Assembly: GCA_048886685.1 (NCBI GenBank)
Contig: JBHLKM010000016.1
Span: forward strand, 45,082 to 109,081
Length of the DNA stretch: 64,000 nt
Reading direction: 5' to 3'
From: Candidatus Hodarchaeota archaeon
GTDB lineage: Archaea > Asgardarchaeota > Lokiarchaeia > Sigyniarchaeales > SOKP01
The position numbers and the translations under genes were made by a program. The notes beneath the pieces were generated by a model that did not search any database, was not told the DNA's origin, and saw only the letters and a program-made list of their open reading frames with translations. Positions 1-9,005 of this stretch are shown piece after piece (positions within the stretch are counted from its first letter, which is position 1; every line of letters begins with the position of its first letter).

Positions 1-140
1 ATAAATATGTCAGCAGCAGTCCAAACAGCTCCTCCGATAGTAATCAGACTAGCTAAAACAATCAAAATATAGAAAGCTCCTGAAACCTTTTTCTGCGTTT
101 TATTATATTCGCTAGTAGGGCCTGAAGAAAGTTCCTCCAT
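1..140 (-). CDS. Partial membrane protein (runs off the window start)
   Basis: Manual translation from ATG at 140: MEELSSGPTSEYNKTQKKVSGAFYILIVLA..., with a hydrophobic segment; open to the window edge. Confidence 0.6.
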   Translation of the reverse strand, partial: MEELSSGPTSEYNKTQKKVSGAFYILIVLASLITIGGAVWTAADIF

Positions 141-293
141 ATCATTCACAACTCATTTATTATTTTTTTATACAAGAGATGAAAATTTCGTCAGAATAAC
201 ACTATGTATTTATAATTAAAAAAAAAATAACAATTAAGATATATAAAATTGATGATTATGAGCTAGATATATTTATAAAATAAAATTAGGTAT

Positions 294-1832
294 CTATTTT
301 ATATCTAAATTATTAGATAAATCATTTAGCCTTTTATAAAGATTGTTCTTTTCTAAAAAATTGTACAATTCATTTGAGTATTTATAGAGTTCTTCATAGT
401 GTTTATGACGGTCCACATTAGAAACCCATTTTTTATCGATTTTACATAGACTTTCAGCAGCTTCTGATATATCTGGAAAAATTCCTGCCCCTGAAGCAGC
501 AAGTATGGCAGCACCAAGCGAGGTTGCTTCTTCTATAATATTTCTTACACATGTTATTCCTAAAACATCAGCATATATTTGATTCCATAAATCTGAACGA
601 GATCCACCACCAGTTAATTTTAATTCTTTTGGTTCAATTCCGATCTCTTTAAAAACTTCTATATTTTTTCGAATTTCAAACGCAATACCTTCTAATGCGG
701 CTCTATATAAATCCTTACGCTCATGTCCTAAAGCCAAACCAAATAAGACGCCTCTAGCATGAGGATTCCAGTGTGGTGCTCCTGCTCCTACTAAATGCGG
801 TATTAATAGTAACCCATTTGCACCCATTGGAGATTCTTCAGCTTCAGCAATCATGATATCATAAGGGTCTTGTCCTTTTTCTTTTGCAATCTCACTTTCA
901 GCCAAGCCAACTTGATCTCTAAACCATCTAAGAGTTGCTCCAGAAGTAAAAATACTTGCTTCTTGAACCCATGTCCCAGGAACAGCATGGCAACTACATA
1001 ATACACGCTTTTGGGGATCGAAATTTGGTTTCTCTAAAAATGCTAGAATAAAGCTTCCTGTTCCAGTTGTGCATTTAATTTCACCTGGAGAAACAACTCC
1101 AACACCCAAAGCAGCAGATTGTTGATCTCCTGCACCAGTAACTACTAATGTTTTTTTATCAAACAAAGTTTCATCTGTTGTCATTTCTCCTATATCTATT
1201 CCACTCTCTAATGTTTCTGGCATTTTATCTAAATCAATTTCTAATTCAGAGGCAATTTTGTCTGAATATTTCAAATTAGAAATATCAAACAACATTGTTC
1301 GTGAAGCGTTTGAGAAATCGGTACAAAATTTACCTGTTAATTTGTGAATGATGAAATCTGAGACAAGGAGAAATTTATGAGTTTTTTGATAAATTTCTGG
1401 TTTTTTATCCTTAAACCATAAAATTTTAGTTGCTGAAAAGTAAGGGTCGATTGTTAAACCTGTAGTTTTATAAATTTTATCTATCCCAACTTTGGTATTA
1501 ATAAATTCTACTTGATCAATCGTTCTTCTATCTTGCCAGACTATAGCATTATGAAGAGGATTGCCCTCTTTATCAACGGGTACAATAGTTTCTCTTTGGT
1601 TGGTTACAGAAAGGCTAACAATATCAGTTTTATCAATTCCACTTTTTTTGATCGCTCGTTCTATAGTTTTTTTAAGGGAATCCCACCATACATTAGCATC
1701 TTGTTCTACAAAAGAGGGAGAAGGGTAAAAACTTTGCCACTCTTGATAATCACTAGCAATTATTGTCCCTACTAAATCAAATATATACGTTCTACAACCC
1801 GTTGTACCTAAATCTAATGCGGCTACAAACAT
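294..1832 (-). CDS. FGGY-family carbohydrate kinase (xylulokinase/glycerol kinase-like)
   Basis: DLGTTG, TNQRET, WQDRR, GAGDQQ, TTGTG and GGGSRS motifs. Confidence 0.92.
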   Translation of the reverse strand: MFVAALDLGTTGCRTYIFDLVGTIIASDYQEWQSFYPSPSFVEQDANVWWDSLKKTIERAIKKSGIDKTDIVSLSVTNQRETIVPVDKEGNPLHNAIVWQDRRTIDQVEFINTKVGIDKIYKTTGLTIDPYFSATKILWFKDKKPEIYQKTHKFLLVSDFIIHKLTGKFCTDFSNASRTMLFDISNLKYSDKIASELEIDLDKMPETLESGIDIGEMTTDETLFDKKTLVVTGAGDQQSAALGVGVVSPGEIKCTTGTGSFILAFLEKPNFDPQKRVLCSCHAVPGTWVQEASIFTSGATLRWFRDQVGLAESEIAKEKGQDPYDIMIAEAEESPMGANGLLLIPHLVGAGAPHWNPHARGVLFGLALGHERKDLYRAALEGIAFEIRKNIEVFKEIGIEPKELKLTGGGSRSDLWNQIYADVLGITCVRNIIEEATSLGAAILAASGAGIFPDISEAAESLCKIDKKWVSNVDRHKHYEELYKYSNELYNFLEKNNLYKRLNDLSNNLDIK

Positions 1833-1935
1833 AATTGATTTACAGTTTATGATTCATAATTATAATAATAAGTTATAGATTGAATTATTGAATAAAATCC
1901 TTTTTGAAGGTTTTAATAAAATAGTCTTTTTTACA

Positions 1936-2613
1936 TCATGTTTCATACCCGCAATAGGGACACTTAAATTTTAGAAGTCCTACATTAAAGCCTTTTATTT
2001 GTGCGATCAGCTTATTACAATTTGAACAACGTGGAGAATACTCGGGAAACCACTGTCCTTTAATGTTTGGCATTTGTTTAAGCCTATCAATAAACTTCAG
2101 TTTTACCAATTCCTTCCTATCTACTTGGATTAATTGCTGTTCTTCAGCGATTGATTTTCCTTTAGGGGCTAAAACCATTACGAATTTCATTTTTTGTGGA
2201 TTATTGAGTAAAGACAACGTTCTTAAAATAGCTTCTTTTTTATATTCTTTGAATAGTTTTCCCAATTCTGGAGGTGCTAAAGCTACTAAGGTTGCTTGTG
2301 AATCTTTAAATTCATTTTTAACTTTTTGAAATAAAAATTGAAAAATTCTTCTTTCAATGTCCATTCCCCATACAAGATTCCATGGTTTGATATCGTAATC
2401 TTCGCCACTTGGACCCACAATTCGTTTGATACTTTCAACCCACGAATAATGTTTGAACTTATAAAGATTTGAGAGTGTATCATCAAAATATTCTGGTTCA
2501 ATTACAGGAAATGTTTTAAAGATATTTTTTAATGAATATAATTTCACTTCAGTTAAAGATTTTAAATTAAGCGAATCCCATGGTGTTAAAGTGAAAATAC
2601 TAAAGAAATCCAT
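1936..2613 (-). CDS. Hypothetical protein with C-terminal zinc ribbon
   Basis: 225-aa ORF ending CSNC...CPYC. Confidence 0.7.
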   Translation of the reverse strand: MDFFSIFTLTPWDSLNLKSLTEVKLYSLKNIFKTFPVIEPEYFDDTLSNLYKFKHYSWVESIKRIVGPSGEDYDIKPWNLVWGMDIERRIFQFLFQKVKNEFKDSQATLVALAPPELGKLFKEYKKEAILRTLSLLNNPQKMKFVMVLAPKGKSIAEEQQLIQVDRKELVKLKFIDRLKQMPNIKGQWFPEYSPRCSNCNKLIAQIKGFNVGLLKFKCPYCGYET

Positions 2614-2731
2614 TTGTTTTCATTTTTTTTTCATATAATAGAATATATTATCAATAGAGTCCATGTTTAAAAATTAATTTTATATTTTAAATTAACAATT
2701 TTTAAAAATTACATTCAATATAATATCTCGT

Positions 2732-3883
2732 ATGACTTCGATTTGGGATATTAAGGCTGATGTTGTTCAAAAAGGAGATAGATTAAGAGATGTCTCTCCT
2801 TTACATGATAAAACTATTGTGGATGAAATAGGTTTTACCCACTATATATTCAGTAAAACTTTATTTAATAATCCATGGTATAAAATACCTGATAATGACT
2901 TAGAATTGTTTAAAAACTTTTTAGATGGGGGATCACGAACATATCCTTCTGATGGGAGTATCCCATGTGATATAATAGCGGGAGAGGCAAGAAAAATACT
3001 TAATAGAATTGTAGATATTTCTAATGAACCTAATAATGTATTCTATAATGATGCGTGTGAAACACTTAAGGAAGGTAAATTTAATTTAGTCCGCGGTACT
3101 CTTAAATTATATTTAGGTAAATATACTACTAGAGATTGGAGGAGGAAAAGATTCACGGATGACATTGATTTCTGGGTCTTCAAAGTACACTTATTAGACC
3201 ATGTTTTAAGAGAAATGGGTTGGGTTAAAAATAAAGAAACTGGAGAATTTGAAAAAAGTGTAGATTGGGTTAATCCAGATACGGGAGAAACCAGACATGA
3301 AGCTCTTTGTGCTGCAAATAATCTAAATCAATTACTTGATTTCGGTGCTGGAAGTTATTTAGAAGGAACCAAGTTAAAAGAGATCTTTAATAAGAAGTTG
3401 AAAAGAGGTCATGATGTTGATCTAAGTGATATAATAAATGTGGCTTTGTACAATGATGAATCAATTGGGAGAAATAAAGATGAATGGAATGATGTTTGGG
3501 AATCATTTGAAGCCGCTACTAATACTAGAAATTCTAGAATTACTTCAAATATAATCAGTTTATGTCGTTATTCAATAGGTATTGCGGATCATTTAGAAAG
3601 GGTTAGTAGTGCTATAGCTAAATATCATGATAAAATTTTAGATAAAAATGAATATCCTGATGAAATATTAAAAAGAATCTGTAGAACATCAATCCATTGG
3701 ATAGATTATCTCAAAAGTAATGGTCCAGATGCGACCAGAAATATGTTACATGAATTCTTACTTGAACAAAAAGATGAAAAGGTTAGTCATGTGAAAAATT
3801 TAAGGTCATTTGTCGAAAAAATCCTTAGATTACTTAATTCCAAATATGAATATCTCAAAATTATATTTGAAATTGAGAATTAA
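2732..3883 (+). CDS. Hypothetical protein, possible AbiEii/Pol-beta-like nucleotidyltransferase
   Basis: GTLKLYLG...RFTDDIDF and KKLKRGHDVDLSDI resemble the G-T-A-L...R-x-S/T-x-D-I-D and K...R-x-x-D-x-x-D motifs. Confidence 0.5.
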   Translation: MTSIWDIKADVVQKGDRLRDVSPLHDKTIVDEIGFTHYIFSKTLFNNPWYKIPDNDLELFKNFLDGGSRTYPSDGSIPCDIIAGEARKILNRIVDISNEPNNVFYNDACETLKEGKFNLVRGTLKLYLGKYTTRDWRRKRFTDDIDFWVFKVHLLDHVLREMGWVKNKETGEFEKSVDWVNPDTGETRHEALCAANNLNQLLDFGAGSYLEGTKLKEIFNKKLKRGHDVDLSDIINVALYNDESIGRNKDEWNDVWESFEAATNTRNSRITSNIISLCRYSIGIADHLERVSSAIAKYHDKILDKNEYPDEILKRICRTSIHWIDYLKSNGPDATRNMLHEFLLEQKDEKVSHVKNLRSFVEKILRLLNSKYEYLKIIFEIEN

Positions 3884-5136
3884 TCATATAATATAATCAA
3901 TTCTTCCTTTATTGGTTCTATTTCTTTTAATAAGCGACGTTTAGTAGCACCATGAAGTAACCAAAATCCTGTCATTGATATTAGACACAGAATTCCGGCC
4001 AAATACCATACCCAGTTCGGACCAAGACGATCTATAATTAATCCCGCAGCTATAACCCCAAAAAGATTTGGTATCGCCCATTGGAAACCAAAAATAGCCA
4101 TATATCGTCCACGTTTATCTTCAGGAGCAAAAGACACTGCGGCCGCTTGAGAAACTGGTGTTACAATCATTTCTCCTACTGTGATAATTACCATTGCGAC
4201 AAAAAACAGGTATACAGCAGAGATAAAACCATACATTCCGAATCCAATCATATAAAAAAAAGTTCCAAGTATCATCATCTTCATCGGAGCATACTTTGAA
4301 ATCCTCTTGGTTATCCAGAATTGAAATAACACCACCATAAATGCATTCATGCTCAATAAGAAACCAAAATTCTGCGCTGAGAATTCATGAACATCCCGTA
4401 GAAATACTGAAAGCGTACTATTCATCTGTATATATACTAACACAGTTATCGCAGAGACTATGAGGAATAACATATATACCCAGTCCTTTAACACTTCTTT
4501 ATATCCGATAAGAGTTTTAATTACTGTTTCTTCTGGCTCATCATCTTGTCTTAGAGGTTTTGTCTCCGGAATAACAAGATATACAATAATAGCAGTGATT
4601 ATACTGCTCACAGCATCCGCAATGAATAGAAGAATAAACGACCGAGTTGCTAAAAATCCCCCAAAAATCGGACCGATAGCCGCTGAAAGATTAAATGCCA
4701 CCCGTAGAATTCCAAATCCCTCCGCTTGCTTCTCTGTCGGAAGTAAATCTGCTACCATAGCTTGCCGTGCAGGTCTTCCAAAATTACCTACTAGCCCTAA
4801 AAATCCCGCGATAAGGTAAAAGAGATTCAAATTATCAACTAATCCCATTGAAATATTACCTATCCCGCTAGCAACTAAACCCATTATCACCATCGCGCGA
4901 CGTCCATATTTATCGGCTAAGGCCCCTCCTATCATGCCACCAAATATATTTCCTGCTGAAAAGATTGAAAAGAGGATTCCCACTTGGGTCATCCCTACGC
5001 CAAAATGCTCAGTAATATACAACGCATAAAAGGGATGTAATAAAAAGGATCCTAGCATATCAATGAAAGTAGCTAGAGCTAGCACTTTAAATGCATTAGG
5101 GTATTCTTTAAACGCACATCGAATTTTTGTGAACAT
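3880..5136 (-). CDS. MFS transporter (multidrug/DHA-like)
   Basis: About 12 TM segments; motif A GALADKYGRR; DKRGRYMA. Confidence 0.92.
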   Translation of the reverse strand: MFTKIRCAFKEYPNAFKVLALATFIDMLGSFLLHPFYALYITEHFGVGMTQVGILFSIFSAGNIFGGMIGGALADKYGRRAMVIMGLVASGIGNISMGLVDNLNLFYLIAGFLGLVGNFGRPARQAMVADLLPTEKQAEGFGILRVAFNLSAAIGPIFGGFLATRSFILLFIADAVSSIITAIIVYLVIPETKPLRQDDEPEETVIKTLIGYKEVLKDWVYMLFLIVSAITVLVYIQMNSTLSVFLRDVHEFSAQNFGFLLSMNAFMVVLFQFWITKRISKYAPMKMMILGTFFYMIGFGMYGFISAVYLFFVAMVIITVGEMIVTPVSQAAAVSFAPEDKRGRYMAIFGFQWAIPNLFGVIAAGLIIDRLGPNWVWYLAGILCLISMTGFWLLHGATKRRLLKEIEPIKEELIILYD

Positions 5137-5510
5137 GTTGATATCATCTGTTAATAAGATTGTAATTACAACGTATAGAGTTATAATATATTCTATAATT
5201 ATGTTGAAAAGTATGTTTAGTAATGAATTTTGGATATTTATAGATGAAAAAGTTGAACTTCTATTGAAGTTTGAACTTAAGAAATTATTGTAACCAAATA
5301 AAAATCGACCTAATCGTTATTTTGGTAAAAAAAAATCTTCGTGAAAGATGCGTTTCACGTACTATTTACTACAAGCATTACCTCAAAACTCTTCTCATTG
5401 TCTTTTGATGAATGCATTTAATAAACTCATTCCGATAGTGTTCTTTTTCGTTTTATGATAGCAAAAAGAATTCCTCTGATTTCACCCATAATCTAACCTC
5501 ACGTGATTAA

Positions 5511-6720
5511 CTATTTTTGCTTTGAAAGGTATCTAATTTTTACGAGTAAATCTCGAAGTTCCATTTTATCATTGTCAGATGTTATGTATTTCTTTTTTAC
5601 TCCTTCTGAAAGCGGGATTGTTTCAATTTTATTTCCTTGGAGAGATACCATATTCCCAAATTTACCTTCTAAAACAAGTTTCATTGCTGCTAATCCAAAC
5701 CTTAATCCTAAAATCCTATCAAATGAATTAGGTGGTCCGGCACGCATGGTGTGACCAAGAACTACACTTCGACATTCGAAATCTACTCCATTTTTCTCAA
5801 ATTCTTGTTTTAAATCGTCTCTTAAGTTTAATTCTTCAACAATTATTTGGGACATATTCAATTTTACTAATAATGGATTACCAAATGTATCCTTAGGTAA
5901 TTTATCAATTGTTTCTTTAGATATGGTTTTAAAATCTCGGTTAAGAGATTCTAAATTCGGATAGGCTCCCTCTGATGTAGCAATTATATGATATTTATAG
6001 CCAGCATTAACTCTTTTTTTCAAAACATCAATAACATCTTTTTCTAAGTCAAATGGCGTTTCTGGGATTAATATTATATCTGCTCCAGCAGATATTCCGC
6101 TATACATTGTTAAAAAACCTGCATCTCTGCCCATTACTTCTACAACAAATACTCTTTGATGCGATCGAGCCGTGGTTGTAAGATTATCCATCGCGTTAGA
6201 GGCTAGTTGTGTCGAACTCCAGAAGCCAAACGTATAATGTGTTCCCTGCAGGTCATTATCAATAGTTTTTGGCACTCCTACTACTTTAGCATCAGCGAAT
6301 CTATACAAATTATCAGCCACTCCAAGAGTATCGTGTTCAGTTTAAAACAGAAGTTATTCTAAAACTCCACCGATAGCAATTAGAGCATCTATTCCTAATT
6401 CTTCAAACTTTTTGGTTAATTCTTTAGCTTTTTCCTCTTTTGCACTTACTCCCTTAAATGGATTCGTCCTACTTGTATATAGGATAGTCCCCCCCACAGT
6501 ATGTAGGTCATCATGTTCTGCTATATTAAGTGGAATTGTTTGGTTTTCCACAAATCCTTTCCATCCCTTAAGGATGCCAACACATTCAATCCCAGTATCA
6601 TAAGCTTTAAGCATGATTCCATAAAGTACGGAATTTAAACCGGGACAGTGTACGACAGTTAAGGAAACCTTTAGACATGGCTCCGCCGCCCGTGAGAATT
6701 CCAACTTTTTTAATTGCTAT
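5511..6720 (-). CDS. pfp: PfkA-family phosphofructokinase, probably PPi-dependent; three exons join(6720..6681,6649..6365,6334..5511), 382 aa
   Basis: Removing the 31-nt and 30-nt inserts restores GILTGGGDCPGLN and IGGDDTLG and gives one frame of 1149 nt. PKTIDND, EVMGR and LGH motifs are intact. GGDD plus PKTIDND is the PPi-type signature. Start appears to be ATA after a GAAGGTGA SD. Confidence 0.88.
6335..6364 (-). other. Putative BHB-like mRNA intron 2 of pfp (30 nt)
   Basis: UAUCG-GUGG-AG^U ... CUGA-AC^A-CGAUA: 9-bp inner stem, 5-bp outer stem, in-frame TAA; splits the Asp codon of GGDD. Confidence 0.8.
6650..6680 (-). other. Putative BHB mRNA intron 1 of pfp (31 nt)
   Basis: GCGG-AG^C ... 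UCGU-AC^A: 4-bp central helix, two 3-nt bulges, internal hairpin; splits the Asp codon of GGGD. Confidence 0.82.
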
Positions 6721-6854
6721 TTATAATCACCTTCATTAATTTTTATTTTTTTGACTAATTAATTAAGCCATTTTTGATTAAAAATGTTATTATGAAGTTA
6801 TATTTAAAAAGATATAAATGAAATTATCTTTCCATTCCTTTTTTTTTTAAAAAT

Positions 6855-7256
6855 CTATTCATTTTCATTATTTCCTAACCATTCTTTAAATGTTTTTTGA
6901 GGGATCATTTCCTGTATTGATATACCTGTCTGTTCTTTAAATTGCTTTTCTATCTCCCTCGTCCATAGCTTCTTATCTATCTGATCATTCAGCTTTATTA
7001 AGACTATACCTCCTCTTGCATCAAAAGCATCACGTTTAAATGAATCTCTTTGCCTTGTTTTGTATTTACTATGCCAATACATCTCCCAAAACTCATATAA
7101 TACCTCATATTTCTTTCCATTTATCAAAACACTGTTATATCCATCTACATGAGATCTCGGGTGAACTTTTTTATTCACTCCCTTAATTTTTATTTGATTT
7201 CCTACAATATTGCGTAAATGTGTATGATCAAATTTTACGCCAAATATTTTTTCCAA
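6855..7256 (-). CDS. Vsr/PD-(D/E)XK-like nuclease domain protein, possibly 5'-truncated
   Basis: VDGY...YEFWEMYWH...QRDSFKR...GIVLIKL pattern; begins immediately after the ZPR1 stop. Confidence 0.5.
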   Translation of the reverse strand: MEKIFGVKFDHTHLRNIVGNQIKIKGVNKKVHPRSHVDGYNSVLINGKKYEVLYEFWEMYWHSKYKTRQRDSFKRDAFDARGGIVLIKLNDQIDKKLWTREIEKQFKEQTGISIQEMIPQKTFKEWLGNNENE

Positions 7257-7264
7257 TAGTAGGT

Positions 7265-7834
7265 TTATTCTGATTCTTTTTTTTCAAATTTTTCAAATTT
7301 ATATTTTGATTTATCTTTTGGGATTATATAGCTCCCTCCTTCAGAATCAATAATTTTTAATGTAAATTCGAATTTTCCTTCTAATGCGTTTTTCAAATTA
7401 TTTAAAAGATCTTCAATCTCAGGTATTTCTGGGTCTCCTTCTTTGAGATTCTTCCTATATATTGAAACGGCACTTTCAAATCTATATAAAATACCTTCTA
7501 CATTAGTATAATAAAAATTGGCTCTGGGACCTGGTTCTACAATTAATTCGAGCTCAGGAATTTCTAATTTTCCTACAGGGGAACGGTAAATCTTTGATTT
7601 AAGGTCTTCTTCAGTTGTCACTTTCAAGGTCATAATTCCTGGATCCATATTTGTTGTTAAAGGAATTACATCATTTTTATGAAAGCTGCAAGTATCGCAT
7701 TCGAACTTCAATATGAGCATCTTGTCTCCATCAGGTAAATCATAGACATTCTTAATGATGTCTATTGTGCCATTTTCACATGAGGGACATTTAAATGAAT
7801 ATAAAATTTCACTATTTTTTTTCTCAGTAGACAT
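7265..7834 (-). CDS. zpr1: ZPR1 zinc-finger protein
   Basis: CPSC...CDTC, LEIPELELIVEPG, TNVEG, GGSYI. Confidence 0.9.
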   Translation of the reverse strand: MSTEKKNSEILYSFKCPSCENGTIDIIKNVYDLPDGDKMLILKFECDTCSFHKNDVIPLTTNMDPGIMTLKVTTEEDLKSKIYRSPVGKLEIPELELIVEPGPRANFYYTNVEGILYRFESAVSIYRKNLKEGDPEIPEIEDLLNNLKNALEGKFEFTLKIIDSEGGSYIIPKDKSKYKFEKFEKKESE

Positions 7835-8076
7835 AAGGATAATAAAAATTTCAAATTAGCTTAAATTTAATCTCAACTTATTTTAAAGTTACTCAATATT
7901 AATTTAAAATAAAGCAATTTCGAAAATAAACTATATATTAGAACCTTATTTTTAGATATAATAATTATAATTAAAAACTCTATATTATTGTTTAATATTG
8001 CAATTATAGGAGAAAAATCAAAAGAACTATCATTGATTAATTACAAAAGAACTCAATAATAAAAAGTTGGTTAAAT

Positions 8077-8655
8077 TTGTCTCTAGAAGAAAAAATAGTA
8101 GAAATCTCTATGCATTGTAGAGGCGGTCAAACATGTATAACTGCTAGTCAATTACTAGCTGAAATGGCATTCGAGGAAGGCTTTAAGGACACAATAGCGA
8201 TTCCCATAATTGGGGCTGAGCGAAGGGGCGCTCCTATCCAAGCATTTTCAAAAATTTCAAGAAGTAAATCGATTAAAACATACGATAGTGTAGTAAATCC
8301 AGATTATATTTTGATGTTTGATACCTCATTGCTGGAGATCCCGAGAATTAAAGAAAGCATAAAGGAAGGTGCAACATTAATAGCAAATAGCCCAAATCCA
8401 ATCGATACTACTGACTTTCCTAAAAACATAAAGATTTTTATTGTCGATGCTACAGGAATTTGCATCGAAAAAGATTTTATGCATTCTAGTGGTCCTATCC
8501 TAAATATTCCTATGTTAGGTGCTTTTGGAAAGGTTACAGGGTATTATGATCTTAAAAGCATGGAAAAAGTTATTAAAAAAGAATTTGGGGAAGGGAGATT
8601 GGAAAAAAATATGAGCGTCGCAAGAGCAGCTTATGAAACAGTAAAGGAGGTATAA
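8077..8655 (+). CDS. porC: 2-oxoacid:ferredoxin oxidoreductase gamma subunit
   Basis: [19 protein letters not shown]; operon context. Confidence 0.9.
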   Translation: MSLEEKIVEISMHCRGGQTCITASQLLAEMAFEEGFKDTIAIPIIGAERRGAPIQAFSKISRSKSIKTYDSVVNPDYILMFDTSLLEIPRIKESIKEGATLIANSPNPIDTTDFPKNIKIFIVDATGICIEKDFMHSSGPILNIPMLGAFGKVTGYYDLKSMEKVIKKEFGEGRLEKNMSVARAAYETVKEV

Positions 8656-8657
8656 TA

Positions 8658-9005
8658 TTGACAAAATCTAAAAAATGGAAGAATATCAACAAGTCTGTTG
8701 AAGAGCGTCCAAAAGTCCAAGAGTATAAAGATTGGGAGGAATTGCCGCCTATTCCAATATCTTTGCCCATAGATGGAAGCATTGGTACCACTGGGGATTG
8801 GAGAACTTTTAGGCCTATTATCAAAGAAGGATGTAATCAATGTGGTATCTGTTGGATGTATTGCCCAGAAGGAGTAATAAAAAGGAAGCAAGATGGTTCT
8901 TTTGAAATAGATCTTAACTATTGTAAAGGTTGTGGGATTTGTGCGAAAGAATGCCCATCAGATAATATAGAAATGGTAAGAGAGAGTGATATAAAAGATG
9001 GTTGA
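8658..9005 (+). CDS. porD: 2-oxoacid:ferredoxin oxidoreductase delta subunit (2x4Fe-4S)
   Basis: [33 protein letters not shown]. Confidence 0.93.
   Translation: MTKSKKWKNINKSVEERPKVQEYKDWEELPPIPISLPIDGSIGTTGDWRTFRPIIKEGCNQCGICWMYCPEGVIKRKQDGSFEIDLNYCKGCGICAKECPSDNIEMVRESDIKDG

Noticed and set aside
5405-5489. Possible C/D box sRNA (TGATGA...CCGA...CTGA) or a 20-codon minus-strand ORF downstream of pfp
   Set aside because: Box spacing is long, the guides are AT-rich with no recognisable target, and the ORF is too short to support.
5511-6704. Interpreting the split PFK as a pseudogene, programmed frameshift or sequencing error
   Set aside because: The breaks are two clean 30-31-nt structured inserts with BHB geometry, and no other lesion is seen apart from the unusual start codon. 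The track N-terminus MEFSRAAEPCLKVSLTVVH is an artefact of reading exon 1 out of frame and through intron 1.
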